From the IMG/VR virus record IMGVR_UViG_3300031669_000001, positions 248,001 to 312,000 of that record: 64,000 bases of DNA, one strand, 5' to 3'. The translations under genes and the position numbers were made by a program. Positions 18,789 through 28,534 of this stretch are shown one piece after another. Each line of letters opens with the position of its first letter. Positions within the stretch are counted from its first letter, which is position 1. The notes beneath the pieces were generated by a model, which saw only the letters and a list, made by a program, of their open reading frames with translations, was not told where the DNA came from and did not search any database.

Positions 18789-19379
18789 TTAAATTGTGAT
18801 TTGAAAGATGTTGTCGATTTTGTTGTAGAGATTATTTATTCCCAACGTTTTGTCATTTAGGATGACAAAATCACTATCTTCATGAGTGATACCAGCTTCT
18901 GATGCATGTTGATACTTTTCATCTCGCACGAGATTAGGAACTATGATGTAGATCAAGATTGAATCTGGTTGCGATCTAACCCAGTCTGCCTCATTCTGAA
19001 AGCGAACGTCGGTGATGATCGTCTTAAAACCTTCAGCTGCGTTCTTTTTAACCTCAAGCTCAGCTCGCCTTATCCAAATATCATCACGAACCATCTGCCT
19101 ACCGAATTCAGTACCGAGAAGTTGAAACATTCTGCGAGGTGTTAACCCACCGCCCCAGAATTCATCTTCGGCTTCTTTGAGAATTCTGTCTTCGAGCTGT
19201 TCATCGCTAAAGCCAAACATGATCTGACATGCTCGTTTTACTGGATTTGCAAAAGCGTAACGCTTCCACCTCGGTGGTCCTGAGATAGTTTTATCCATAG
19301 CGCTGATGTAGTTCGCGACTGTATCTTTTCCACCGTTTAAAGGCCCGTGGATGCCTATCAATTTGGGAATTTTGTTCAT
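18789..19379 (-). CDS. Deoxynucleoside monophosphate kinase (T4 gp1-like)
   Basis: GIHGPLNGGKDT, FANPVKR, TPRRMFQLLGTEFGR, IITDVRFQNEA, HASEAG. Confidence 0.9.
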   Translation of the reverse strand: MNKIPKLIGIHGPLNGGKDTVANYISAMDKTISGPPRWKRYAFANPVKRACQIMFGFSDEQLEDRILKEAEDEFWGGGLTPRRMFQLLGTEFGRQMVRDDIWIRRAELEVKKNAAEGFKTIITDVRFQNEADWVRSQPDSILIYIIVPNLVRDEKYQHASEAGITHEDSDFVILNDKTLGINNLYNKIDNIFQITI

Positions 19380-19585
19380 AAGAGTGAAAAGAAGGACTTG
19401 ACTAGATCAGAAAGGCTGTAAACTACGCCTACGATTAAGAACCAGATTCCGAGGATACTTGCTGCGATGTTGAAGAGCGTTTGATTTTCAGAAGAGTTTT
19501 TCACCACTGAACTTTGACTCGTTCTCAATATCAAGAACATGATAATTACAGCGATGATGATTGCAGCGTTGAAAAAAGAAAACAT
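19376..19585 (-). CDS. Small membrane protein
   Basis: Two TM segments. Confidence 0.55.
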   Translation of the reverse strand: MFSFFNAAIIIAVIIMFLILRTSQSSVVKNSSENQTLFNIAASILGIWFLIVGVVYSLSDLVKSFFSLL

Positions 19586-19614
19586 TCAAATCCCCTAAAA
19601 TTATTCTAGGGAAG

Positions 19615-19643
19615 ATTATAACATTGCGCTGTTAACTTGTACA
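19615..19643 (-). promoter_or_regulatory. Early promoter
   Basis: TGTACA-N17-TATAAT. Confidence 0.7.
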
Positions 19644-19650
19644 TTTGCCC

Positions 19651-19956
19651 CTAGTAATCTGGCTTCCGCTTTTTGTGTGAATGACGAATGACGAATGGCT
19701 CTAAGGTGAATTCTTCTTTGAGACCAAATTCTTTGATTTGTTCATCAGTAAGTCTTCCAATGATCGGATCTTCTTCTACTTTGATCTTTGGATTTGCAGG
19801 AATACAGATTGCTTTCCTACTTCTATTAGGATAGATTCCGTATTGATGTGATCGATAAATGCAGTCCTGTTGTGTTTCGAAGCTGCTAGCGAATTCTGGC
19901 ACTAGAGTTCTACCGTATAGCACAAAGATGATCAGGACTGTGTTCATAGGAGTCAC
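19651..19956 (-). CDS. Hypothetical protein
   Basis: 101-aa ORF. Confidence 0.5.
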   Translation of the reverse strand: MTPMNTVLIIFVLYGRTLVPEFASSFETQQDCIYRSHQYGIYPNRSRKAICIPANPKIKVEEDPIIGRLTDEQIKEFGLKEEFTLEPFVIRHSHKKRKPDY

Positions 19957-20049
19957 CAGAGCTTACCACATAATTTTGTTATATGGTACTATGTCTTAGT
20001 TTTGAGAGTGACGCAGAGATGATTCTGTCGGGTTGATTTATTATTCAAA

Positions 20050-20214
20050 TCAATTACTTGGTTTAGCTGGTGAACATTTCAGATTATCTATCCAAGCAGA
20101 GCTGACTGTTGTTCCATGTAGTCTGCATTGAGTCTGTATGTCATGTTCATGTGAGTACGCACCAATGTAAAGTAGCGAGATAGCAACGGCAGTGAACAGA
20201 AAAATTTTCATCAT
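20050..20214 (-). CDS. Small exported protein (54 aa, MMKIFLFTAVAISLLYIGAYS...)
   Basis: Manual translation; GGAG RBS; signal-like N-terminus, two Cys. Confidence 0.55.
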   Translation of the reverse strand: MMKIFLFTAVAISLLYIGAYSHEHDIQTQCRLHGTTVSSAWIDNLKCSPAKPSN

Positions 20215-20221
20215 TTTCTCC

Positions 20222-20557
20222 TTACCAACTAATCTCGATCATCAGCTCGTCTCCGCGATCGAGATTAAAATGTTTCATCAGCCCAGCGTTAAACTGTCTG
20301 AGCACCTCTTCATCCTCATCCTCATCCTCAATTACACAGTAATCTACCGTGCAGTCATTTCCTGGAAAGTCGATGCAATCCAATACATTATTAACCCATA
20401 TCCTGTCATAGCCTTCATGCGCTACAATGTACATCGCAACCTTGAAGAACTCATAAACTGTTACGACCTTTGGCTCTGGCTTGTCGCACATAGGGCAGTA
20501 TTGGACGTAATGCATTTCCATTTTACCGCCGCATTTGGGGCATTGATCGTAATTCAA
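20222..20557 (-). CDS. Zn-ribbon hypothetical protein
   Basis: CPKC and CPMC pairs. Confidence 0.6.
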   Translation of the reverse strand: MNYDQCPKCGGKMEMHYVQYCPMCDKPEPKVVTVYEFFKVAMYIVAHEGYDRIWVNNVLDCIDFPGNDCTVDYCVIEDEDEDEEVLRQFNAGLMKHFNLDRGDELMIEISW

Positions 20558-21933
20558 AATTTTAACTCCATCAATTCACGACGGTACATCTTCGGCGCGG
20601 TGTCTGATTCCAGGTTTTGCAGCTTCTTGCGCTCTGCTTCAAGCTTCTTCAGCAGCTCTTCCACGTTATCTTTCGTCAGAGTCCAGATTGACATTCCAAG
20701 CAGACGTTCTGGTTGAGTGAACGCGTTCACCGTTAACAGCTCGAGAAGTTCTTTCTTTCCAGCGTTGCGGAACTCTTGAGTGCGAGCGAGGTAGAACTCA
20801 ATGAAGCGAACAACCTCTTCAAGCCAAACGATCTGTGCTTTCGTTATCTCGATTTGCTTGCTGCGACGATCTTCGTAACGCTCTAGACGCCAAGTTACAA
20901 AAGCTGCCAGAAGCTTCTCGACAGACTCATACTTCTCGATGACTCCGTCAGGATTCCACACCGTCAGATTTTCTGTGTCGCGAGCTTCAAGCTTCAAGAG
21001 CTTTAGTATCTCGGCATTCTCAAGCATTGTGGTGGTACGTGGAGCTTTGATGATGAAGTCAAAGCCATTGTCGTCCGACGCGTTCTTGAAGCTCTTGATG
21101 ATCTCTTTATCCTCAAGCTTGAAGAGAATTTCTTCATACTTGTCACTTTGGACTCCAACGGGAAGCTCAACAACTCTGATCTCAGTGGTGTTGACTTTCT
21201 CGAAGACTCCAGTAACCTTCACTTGATTGTTTGTCTTGTCACGTTCAACCTTGCCGATGAAATCACTCCACCAAGGTACGAGTTCACCATCTGTAAGCTT
21301 CTTGCCGTCGATCAACTTGATCACTGCATGCTTCAGATCGTCAGGCTTGTAGGCGAAGATTCGAGTAGCGTGCCCGGTACCCATACCTTCTGCACCATTC
21401 AGAAGAACAACTGGTAGAATAGGGATGAAGTATTTTGGCTCTATCTTGATGTCACCAACCTTGCGCTGCTCGAGGATGATGTCATCTTCTTTCTTGAAGA
21501 TCTTGCGGAAGTTTTCATGAATCTTCGTTTCGATGTAACGAGGAGCAGAAGCTCCATGAGAACGGCGAGAACCGAACTGTCCATCAGGAACGAGGAAGTT
21601 CATGTTGTTGCTACCTGCAAAGTCTTGCGCGAGACCGACGATGGTACCTTGCATTGAACCGATACCATGATGGTAGTCTGTACATGCAGCACATGATGCC
21701 GAGACTCGCTCGACGGTGATCAGTCCTGCATTTTCACCACGATCGAGCATACCCCATAGAGCTTTGCGTTGTGCTTCCTTGAAGCCATCGCCGATGAATG
21801 GAATTCCACGAACGTTGCTGTGAGCGCTGTAAAGACGAAGCGAGTTATTGAAGAAGTCATGTGCTGACATCTCAACAAGCTTTGCTGCATTAAGACCAAA
21901 ATCTAAAAGAGGTTTACTCAAAAGAATCTCCAT
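20554..21933 (-). CDS. Type II DNA topoisomerase medium subunit (T4 gp52 / GyrA-like)
   Basis: DGFKEAQRKAL, YHHGIGS, GQFGSR...ASAPRYI (catalytic Tyr), LLNGAEGMGTGHAT. Confidence 0.95.
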   Translation of the reverse strand: MEILLSKPLLDFGLNAAKLVEMSAHDFFNNSLRLYSAHSNVRGIPFIGDGFKEAQRKALWGMLDRGENAGLITVERVSASCAACTDYHHGIGSMQGTIVGLAQDFAGSNNMNFLVPDGQFGSRRSHGASAPRYIETKIHENFRKIFKKEDDIILEQRKVGDIKIEPKYFIPILPVVLLNGAEGMGTGHATRIFAYKPDDLKHAVIKLIDGKKLTDGELVPWWSDFIGKVERDKTNNQVKVTGVFEKVNTTEIRVVELPVGVQSDKYEEILFKLEDKEIIKSFKNASDDNGFDFIIKAPRTTTMLENAEILKLLKLEARDTENLTVWNPDGVIEKYESVEKLLAAFVTWRLERYEDRRSKQIEITKAQIVWLEEVVRFIEFYLARTQEFRNAGKKELLELLTVNAFTQPERLLGMSIWTLTKDNVEELLKKLEAERKKLQNLESDTAPKMYRRELMELKF

Positions 21934-22099
21934 AAGTTCCGTTATTCATTACATCTTCGATTGCAACCATAGTCTCATCATCGATGCAAAGCTTCTTCTG
22001 CTCTAAGCTTCTACAATCTCTACAAGAACAGTTGCGATGCTTTCTTGCCGCCTTTTCAGCGTCAGATAAGACAATATAATTTCCATTGATGTCAAACAT
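21914..22099 (-). CDS. Small Cys-containing hypothetical protein (start MFDING)
   Basis: GGAGG RBS; promoter at 22119-22147. Confidence 0.55.
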   Translation of the reverse strand: MFDINGNYIVLSDAEKAARKHRNCSCRDCRSLEQKKLCIDDETMVAIEDVMNNGTYGDSFE

Positions 22100-22118
22100 A
22101 TAACCTCCGTAATGAGTA

Positions 22119-22147
22119 ATTATATCACAGTTCAACGCGAATTGAAA
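22119..22147 (-). promoter_or_regulatory. Early promoter
   Basis: TTTCAA-N17-TATAAT with TGTGA. Confidence 0.6.
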
Positions 22148-22389
22148 CACTTTTTACGAATGATTGGATGACCTTTCAACCGAATCAAGAATCTTCTGAG
22201 GCTCTTGTAGCGTAACCATCTAGAGTTCATCTTCAAATCAACGCCAGGTTCAAACTTGATGTAGCCTTTGTAGTACTCAATGTACGGCCTTTTAACGTAC
22301 GTCATCTTTCTCGCAGAAAGCCCTATAGCTTTCTGCGTTGTTGTTCTCGCACGTAAAATTAACCTGCGTTTGATTCGACGACGTTTCAT
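22132..22389 (-). CDS. Basic hypothetical protein
   Basis: 85-aa Arg/Lys-rich ORF. Confidence 0.5.
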   Translation of the reverse strand: MKRRRIKRRLILRARTTTQKAIGLSARKMTYVKRPYIEYYKGYIKFEPGVDLKMNSRWLRYKSLRRFLIRLKGHPIIRKKCFNSR

Positions 22390-22544
22390 CTTCCTTGGTT
22401 ATTTGCTTTGTTCATACCAAGTATTGCAGCGTACAGAATAACTCCAATGCCAGCAGTTGTCAACCCTCCGCTTATTGAGTTTCCCGATAATCCAAGACCT
22501 ACTGACAGTAGGGTGAGTCCAACAAAGTATATGAGAGTCAACAT
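22386..22544 (-). CDS. 52-aa two-TM membrane protein
   Basis: Manual translation MLTLIYFVGLTLLSVGLGLSG...; ATGA coupling to the next gene. Confidence 0.55.
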   Translation of the reverse strand: MLTLIYFVGLTLLSVGLGLSGNSISGGLTTAGIGVILYAAILGMNKANNQGR

Positions 22545-22546
22545 GA

Positions 22547-22882
22547 TTACTCCGATTTAAGTTCAAATTCTTCTAGAAAAACATCAACGACTGGAGGATT
22601 GGTAACAGGACCATCGCTCTGCATTACGTGGGTGTCTGTTTGAGATGTGTTGTTGGCAAAGCGAACATCATACTCACATACCCTATCAGCATAAACACCA
22701 CAGTAAACTTTTACCACTTGGCCTTTAGCATTCGTTAAAACGCTGCGAACGAAATCACCGCGATGCCACTTTGGAATTGGGTCTGGGGTGTTATCGCAGC
22801 CAGACAATGCACCCAAAATGCAGATGAGTGCTATGAAGGGTATGTAGTATCGAGGAGTATCTACCATCTCATGTAATGTCAT
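22547..22882 (-). CDS. Putative lipoprotein
   Basis: Hydrophobic segment ending in LSGC lipobox. Confidence 0.6.
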   Translation of the reverse strand: MTLHEMVDTPRYYIPFIALICILGALSGCDNTPDPIPKWHRGDFVRSVLTNAKGQVVKVYCGVYADRVCEYDVRFANNTSQTDTHVMQSDGPVTNPPVVDVFLEEFELKSE

Positions 22883-22898
22883 TTTGATTCCTTTTGTT

Positions 22899-23219
22899 TC
22901 ATGAATAGAAAAGTCTGAAGTAGCGTTTTTTGTCGCTGTTTATCAAATACGTCAGAGGCGCGATATCTTCCCATAAGACACCAGAAGGATCGTGAATTTC
23001 ATCACGCTTATCAGGAAACAATATCCTGCAGATTTGGCGTATTTGTCCGATCGTAGTCGTTTCAGGAACGATAATAGCGGCACTCTCATTGAATGAGATC
23101 AAGGTAATGCAGATACCATCAGGCATGATGCCGAGAACGTATTTTGTTCGGAGAAGCTTATTAGCTTCTTCCAAATCAAAGAACATTCCCTCTCTAGTTT
23201 CTAGTGTAATCTTGCTCAT
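22899..23219 (-). CDS. Hypothetical protein
   Basis: 106-aa ORF coupled to the topoisomerase stop. Confidence 0.6.
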   Translation of the reverse strand: MSKITLETREGMFFDLEEANKLLRTKYVLGIMPDGICITLISFNESAAIIVPETTTIGQIRQICRILFPDKRDEIHDPSGVLWEDIAPLTYLINSDKKRYFRLFYS

Positions 23220-25150
23220 TATTCAAAGCTGCTGAAGTAGTTAATATTGTTTAGCCATTCTTTGCGCTCGTCTGCTTGACTTCCACGGAAGGCGAGTTCT
23301 AATCCCTTGAAGTCTACATCTTCGAGCTTGCCAACTCGGCAGAGGTAGCTCTCACGATTTTCCAGAATCTGTTTGAATCGTGCGGTCTTGAACTTACCAA
23401 GTCCTTTGAAACGAGCAGCTTCATGCTTAGGAGCAGTCTTGGCCCACTCTTCGTAGGATTCGTCAGTCATGAACTCGATCTCCTTACCCTTGACCGTTGC
23501 AATGACCAGCGGGGTGTTCATGCGGTATATGATGCCGAGTTCGAAGAGCTCTGGCCAGAAGTAAGCGAAGAAGTTTATGAGCAGAGAACCAACGTGGAAG
23601 CCGTCCAAGTCTTGGTCGGACAAGATGATGATCTTACCGAACCGAAGGTCTTTCACGCTCTTGACTGGAACACCAATCTTCAAGCCTGTGATCTTCAGGA
23701 TGCTCTTGATCTCGTTGTTGCCGTTGTCTTCTTTTTCCTTATCTTTTTTCTTACCGCCGATTACTCGCTTCAAGTCCACATCCATGACGTTCAACGGTTT
23801 CCCCTTTAACGCGAAGCTGCCAATGTAAGGGTTCTTTCCGCGAGCTTCATGAATTGACTTACGAGCTGAGTCACCTTCTGTCAGGTAGAGTTCGCAAAGG
23901 TGACGGTGATGATCTTCCATCGCGTCAGAGAACTTGTCAACGCGCCGCGGGTTACCCTTGTCGATGTCCTTGCTAAGTTCTTTCAATTGACGCATCTCTT
24001 CAGCTTTAGCTTTCGCTTCTGCCCAAAGCAGAACGCGATCAACGATGCCAGAATCGATGACTCGCTTGATAAACTTGTCCGTTGGTTCCCATGCAGTCTT
24101 GTATTCTTTGATCTCGGTGATCAGATTTTCTTTGGTCTGCGAATCATAGCGAGGGCGAACTATTGACGCGTTGATGAACACCTGCATGTGAGCTTGAATT
24201 TGAGTAGGGATAACGTCAATCTTGTGCTTCTTGTTGATGTACTCACGGAGTTTCACTGCGATCTGAGACCAGACGTAAAATAGGTGGGTACCACCTTGCA
24301 AAGTCTCCGTAGTGTTGACGAATGAGACGTGCTGAAATCCATCGTCAGAAGCCGCAACACCGATCTGCCAGTTACCATTATCGTCATACTCAAACTTGTC
24401 AGTGTAGAGGCTGATGTAATCTTTGAATGAAGCGATCCGGATCTGTTCGCCGTTAAGATACACCTTCAGCTTAGGATTACACCCAGCTACATCGTAGACT
24501 CTCTTCACGAGTTTGCTATAGTTGTCATCATCAAGCTTGGTATCTATGTGGGCGTAATCTGGTGTGTAGGTAATCTTGGTGAAGCCTTTACCATTACCAT
24601 CAGTGATCTTTGGATCGGTCTTATCCATCATGTTGTTAGTCCAAGTTTGCTTGAACTTCTTCTTGCCGTCAGAAGATTCAACGGTGAAGGATGTGGAGAA
24701 GATGTTGGTGAGAGATGCACCTTCACCATTTTGGCCTGCGCCTGTTGAGTCTTCAGTATCGTCGAAGTTTGAACCTGAACGCAGGTAACCAAAGATCAGA
24801 GTTGGGACGTACTCGTCATATTCTTTATGCTTGACGACTGGAATTCCACCATTATCCCAAACCGTTATCTCGCCTGTAGGCTGATCAATGTCAACTTTGA
24901 TGACGTCCAGGTGCTTTCCTTCTGGACGCTTTGAGTGATCGACTGCGTTTGAGATGACTTCATCGAAAAGCTTGATGAGGCCAGGATTGTAGGTTATCTC
25001 TCGCTTGGTCATAGATGAACCATTCAGGATCACCCAAGATTCAGCTGTGTGGGGTTTGACTGAGCCAATGTATCGACCTGGTCGAATCAGAACATGCTCA
25101 ACATCTGAGAGTTTACGATATGTAGTTTCAATTGTTTTATTTTTTGTCAT
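23219..25150 (-). CDS. Type II DNA topoisomerase large subunit (T4 gp39+gp60 equivalent, GyrB-like)
   Basis: RPGRYIGS, FDEVISNAVD, GQNGEGA ATP lid; TEGDSA; TOPRIM SDQDLDGFHV; RFKGLG. Confidence 0.95.
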   Translation of the reverse strand: MTKNKTIETTYRKLSDVEHVLIRPGRYIGSVKPHTAESWVILNGSSMTKREITYNPGLIKLFDEVISNAVDHSKRPEGKHLDVIKVDIDQPTGEITVWDNGGIPVVKHKEYDEYVPTLIFGYLRSGSNFDDTEDSTGAGQNGEGASLTNIFSTSFTVESSDGKKKFKQTWTNNMMDKTDPKITDGNGKGFTKITYTPDYAHIDTKLDDDNYSKLVKRVYDVAGCNPKLKVYLNGEQIRIASFKDYISLYTDKFEYDDNGNWQIGVAASDDGFQHVSFVNTTETLQGGTHLFYVWSQIAVKLREYINKKHKIDVIPTQIQAHMQVFINASIVRPRYDSQTKENLITEIKEYKTAWEPTDKFIKRVIDSGIVDRVLLWAEAKAKAEEMRQLKELSKDIDKGNPRRVDKFSDAMEDHHRHLCELYLTEGDSARKSIHEARGKNPYIGSFALKGKPLNVMDVDLKRVIGGKKKDKEKEDNGNNEIKSILKITGLKIGVPVKSVKDLRFGKIIILSDQDLDGFHVGSLLINFFAYFWPELFELGIIYRMNTPLVIATVKGKEIEFMTDESYEEWAKTAPKHEAARFKGLGKFKTARFKQILENRESYLCRVGKLEDVDFKGLELAFRGSQADERKEWLNNINYFSSFE

Positions 25151-25179
25151 TTTCTCACATTTCTATAGCTAAGATGTGT

Positions 25180-25209
25180 ATTATATCACAAATCGCGTTA
25201 AAAGGTAAA
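25180..25209 (-). promoter_or_regulatory. Early promoter
   Basis: TTTACC-N18-TATAAT with TGTGA. Confidence 0.7.
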
Positions 25210-25821
25210 TTTATTTTGGTTGACATTTATGTCTACCATCATTCCGAGCTCTCTTGCTTCATCCCTGAGATATCGACCTTCATCTTTTGTTGAATCTCTG
25301 TAGTAAGGTTTTGCATCTTTCCACAGTAACTGCTGATCAACAACGTTGCTGTCGATTAGTAGCCAAGGTACTATGAACTTTCTACCATCATTTTCTTTCA
25401 CGTAGAAGGAGATGATGTAGTCGTACTTTTTCCAGTAAGTGAAGAGCTGATCATCCATGCTCTTGCTGCTAAAGCAGAACAGGAATGGGAAGCTTTTACC
25501 TTTAAACTTGATCTCGCACTTTGCGCCTTCAACTTCAACGTCCCAGTAGAACTGTTTAGTTTTTGGTTCATCATTGTGAACAACGTTGACACCCGCATCC
25601 TTCAACGCGTTGTAGATACCATGTTCTCCAAGCTCTCCGACTTGAGTAGATCGAATGACATCTTTTAGCGATCGTGCGTCACTTCCATATTGCGCGTAGA
25701 AGATCTTTGACTTCTCAAGAACTTCAGCTTCAAACGCTGGATCGCTTTCGATGTCAGTTACGTCAATCGGTTTGGAAAGCACCTCTCGGATGAGAAGCGC
25801 CGTTGGATGATCAAGCTTCAT
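25198..25821 (-). CDS. denB: T4 endonuclease IV (DenB)-like PD-(D/E)XK nuclease
   Basis: VIRSTQVGELGEHGI...QFYWDV...KCEIK parallels the T4 DenB pattern (IERCRIAVYAEF...YAWDV...RVEVK) as recalled; not aligned computationally. Confidence 0.6.
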   Translation of the reverse strand: MKLDHPTALLIREVLSKPIDVTDIESDPAFEAEVLEKSKIFYAQYGSDARSLKDVIRSTQVGELGEHGIYNALKDAGVNVVHNDEPKTKQFYWDVEVEGAKCEIKFKGKSFPFLFCFSSKSMDDQLFTYWKKYDYIISFYVKENDGRKFIVPWLLIDSNVVDQQLLWKDAKPYYRDSTKDEGRYLRDEARELGMMVDINVNQNKFTF

Positions 25822-26390
25822 CTTGCGAGTGGGCAGGATTTCATCATCGTTAGGAATCTACCTTCTGAGCTTTCTTTCGCGTAACGAGCCTTGATAACTC
25901 CATCCTTAACGAAGAAGTAATCCTCTTCGAGGTTGCCTGGGAGATAAAAGCCATTGTCGTACTCGCGGAAGGTATTGAACTGATCTGACATTCCAGTACC
26001 GTCTCCTAGAGAAGTTTCATGGACAAGATCTTTAGCTCTACGATAGGTGACAGCGTCGTAGATTTCTTCTGGCAAAATGATTCCCACGCCAGTCATGATT
26101 CCTTCTAGCGAGATGTCGTCTTCATAGAATGGTGCGTATGGAGCAACAAAGCTGAAGTCGTCAGCTTCTGCGTCCAAGAATTCCAGAATAGTTTTTGTAC
26201 CAATGCTTGGACCACCGTTCAAGACGATCATCGTCTTGTGGTTTTCAGCCCAATTGTAGATGAGAGAAGATTTATCGAAGTCGTACTTGTACTTGACAAA
26301 CATGTCACCCAGAACGTGACCTGACTGGATTCCCTGTTGGATGCTTGAGAGGTAGAAGTTGATGAAGGTGTATAGTCGAAGTTCGCTCAT
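25818..26390 (-). CDS. Conserved phage protein, possible divergent PTH2-like fold
   Basis: SSIQQGIQSGH...W..NHKTMIVLNGG resembles the PTH2 AQxxHA...W...KIVL layout. Confidence 0.35.
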   Translation of the reverse strand: MSELRLYTFINFYLSSIQQGIQSGHVLGDMFVKYKYDFDKSSLIYNWAENHKTMIVLNGGPSIGTKTILEFLDAEADDFSFVAPYAPFYEDDISLEGIMTGVGIILPEEIYDAVTYRRAKDLVHETSLGDGTGMSDQFNTFREYDNGFYLPGNLEEDYFFVKDGVIKARYAKESSEGRFLTMMKSCPLAR

Positions 26391-26476
26391 GGTCTTTTTT
26401 ATGATTTAAGAGTGTTTGAAGGTGTTTGAAGCCGTCATCAAGAATCTTGTCCTTATCAGGACCATCAGGATGAGAC

Positions 26477-26677
26477 TCAAGAGTCTTCAACCATTCTTTG
26501 TAGATTTTTTTCTTCAGAAACTCGTGTTGTTTGCTTCTTGTGAGTTGACTGTTTTCCTGCAAATGATCTGCTTAGTGCTCTCGAAAAAGCTTCATTCATA
26601 CGCAACATTCTTTTCTTTGCTGCTTCGTTTGCTTCTTGAAAAGCATTAAGTTCTTCGTTTTTCTTTTGAGAATCCAT
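26477..26677 (-). CDS. Hypothetical protein (start MDSQKK)
   Basis: GGAGG RBS; promoter at 26750. Confidence 0.55.
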   Translation of the reverse strand: MDSQKKNEELNAFQEANEAAKKRMLRMNEAFSRALSRSFAGKQSTHKKQTTRVSEEKNLQRMVEDS

Positions 26678-26749
26678 AATACCTCCAAATATGCAAAATA
26701 CGCATAGGAAAATCATAATAGACTAATTGATGGGGTCATTCATGCGACG

Positions 26750-26778
26750 ATTATAACACAGTACTCGTGAACAGTACA
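26750..26778 (-). promoter_or_regulatory. Early promoter
   Basis: TGTACT-N17-TATAAT. Confidence 0.75.
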
Positions 26779-26781
26779 ATG

Positions 26782-27225
26782 TTATTTGTAGAGCGCGATT
26801 TCTGCTTTAAGAGCTGCGATTTCTTTTTTAGTTTTCTCATCTTGAGGCTTAGTCTTTAATTCTTTCAACTTGCCCATCAGATAATCAACTTCATCTACAT
26901 TCTTGGTTTCGCCACCTTTTTTAACAGGAAGACCGCGCTTTACCTCTGTAGAACCGACTGGGTGATAAACATACTCTTGATATTCTTGCTTGCCTGACTT
27001 GAAGGCTTTCTTCTCAGTCTTATCGTTAACCTTATTGAAGACTACACCATGAACAACAAATTGTCTGATTCCATCTTTGCTCTTGAAGGAGTGGATGGAA
27101 GGCTTCTGAATGGAAAGGATGTTTTCATTTGGCTTGAATTTTTCACGAATAGCAGCGTCAAGCTCTGACATCTTGCTTTCTTCTAGAGTTTCAGATGCTT
27201 CTAGTAAAGTCTTTAGGATTGACAT
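26782..27225 (-). CDS. Lys/Glu-rich late protein, candidate internal head protein
   Basis: MSILKTLLEASETLEES with L-x-E motifs; perfect TATAAATA upstream. Confidence 0.6.
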   Translation of the reverse strand: MSILKTLLEASETLEESKMSELDAAIREKFKPNENILSIQKPSIHSFKSKDGIRQFVVHGVVFNKVNDKTEKKAFKSGKQEYQEYVYHPVGSTEVKRGLPVKKGGETKNVDEVDYLMGKLKELKTKPQDEKTKKEIAALKAEIALYK

Positions 27226-27250
27226 GGAGTACCTCTAAGTTTGATTGAGG

Positions 27251-27258
27251 TATTTATA
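27251..27258 (-). promoter_or_regulatory. Late promoter (perfect T4 consensus)
   Basis: TATAAATA. Confidence 0.75.
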
Positions 27259-27517
27259 GGAAGAATGGGGAATACTCTATCCCCCAACCATGCTCTAGGT
27301 CAAGACTTGCATCTTTGTAAGCTTGCCCAAAGTTTGAATTTCCAGACTGAGTCATTCTAAAAATTTGATCCTTTTTGATTTCTCGAATGCTAACCTCTAC
27401 CCACTCACCATCTTGAAAAATTTCAAAAACGGATTTATTGGTTGTAGGCTTTTTCTTTTTAACGTCAACATTCTTAACATCAATCGGTACAATCTTTTGC
27501 TCTGTTTTTGTGATCAT
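27254..27517 (-). CDS. Hypothetical protein
   Basis: 87-aa ORF. Confidence 0.55.
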   Translation of the reverse strand: MITKTEQKIVPIDVKNVDVKKKKPTTNKSVFEIFQDGEWVEVSIREIKKDQIFRMTQSGNSNFGQAYKDASLDLEHGWGIEYSPFFL

Positions 27518-27520
27518 GAT

Positions 27521-28210
27521 TTAATCCTTAAATGTGTAAGAGAGTCTGGTCAGACCGCCGCTGATGCGCTCCAGCTTTAGATTTTCACGTTTGAGATGCC
27601 CATAGAATACAGGCAACATCACATGACGATCTAAGATGAGGTACTTTTTAGTTCCTACAGGGCCAGCGAGAAGATCTTCAAAGTACTTTTCCTCTGATCT
27701 CTTGTAAGCAACTGGACAGGCAACCTTCAGTTCCTCTATCTTGCTCTTGCTAATGTTGGCAAAGTTCTGAGGAATCAAAAGCTTCTTGGATCTCTCTGCC
27801 TTCTCGAATAGCTTCAGTGTTCGATAGAAGTACTTCAGCGAGGCTGGAACCTCATCGATTCCAAGCATGAAGTTGGTGTACTTCTCGCCCTCACGCTGCG
27901 CGCTTTTGATCTCAAAGACCGGTTCACCATTCACGAAGCAATCTATTGAACTTGATGATCCACCCAACTCAATGTCATCAAAGATGAAGTATACCAATAC
28001 CTCACCTCGACCTAACCTTGAACCAAGGTGTGGGACGTTTCCGTGAATATCGTATAGAGCAGATGCAAAGGTTGGAAAATCAGCGATGAAGTTTGTGATC
28101 GTTGAAACTAATTTGTCATCATCAAACTTCGTGCAATGTGAGAGTGGATCATCCTTACCATTGAAGTGCTTCAGTAATCTTTCCCGAATTTGCTTCTTCA
28201 AGTTATTCAA
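27521..28210 (-). CDS. Putative PD-(D/E)XK nuclease-like protein
   Basis: GRGEVL...SSIDC...FEIK spacing is typical of restriction-endonuclease folds. Confidence 0.4.
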   Translation of the reverse strand: MNNLKKQIRERLLKHFNGKDDPLSHCTKFDDDKLVSTITNFIADFPTFASALYDIHGNVPHLGSRLGRGEVLVYFIFDDIELGGSSSSIDCFVNGEPVFEIKSAQREGEKYTNFMLGIDEVPASLKYFYRTLKLFEKAERSKKLLIPQNFANISKSKIEELKVACPVAYKRSEEKYFEDLLAGPVGTKKYLILDRHVMLPVFYGHLKRENLKLERISGGLTRLSYTFKD

Positions 28211-28514
28211 TGATACCTGCGTTGTATGTTACAAATATTCGGTACGCGATATTCGTTTCATTGTATATCGCTTTTGGAGTCACCTCGAAGATTTCTCTTG
28301 GCTCTTCACGCTGCCAAGTCTCGAATTCTTCCGTGGTGCGAAATACCTTCATTCCTACTAGGCTTCTGCGGATTTTAGGCGAGTCTGATGGAATAGCTTG
28401 TTCGTGAATCTTGGCGAAGTCTGTATTTTCGTCAACTACGATTACTGTAGGTTCAGGATAACCAGAGCTGGATTCTGTCCAAGAGTCAAGGGATGGTGTT
28501 GTTTCGTTTGTCAT
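28203..28514 (-). CDS. Hypothetical protein
   Basis: 103-aa ORF. Confidence 0.55.
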   Translation of the reverse strand: MTNETTPSLDSWTESSSGYPEPTVIVVDENTDFAKIHEQAIPSDSPKIRRSLVGMKVFRTTEEFETWQREEPREIFEVTPKAIYNETNIAYRIFVTYNAGIIE

Positions 28515-28534
28515 GTTTTATTCCTTACGCAGAT

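Noticed and set aside
20554-25150. Intron or intein splitting the topoisomerase genes
   Set aside because: Both ORFs are continuous and of normal size; the intervening small ORFs are ordinary genes.
26305-26677. Possible programmed frameshift joining ORF 26477-26677 to the overlapping frame 26305-26562
   Set aside because: No clear slippery site plus structure; the second frame lacks a proper start and runs into the next gene.
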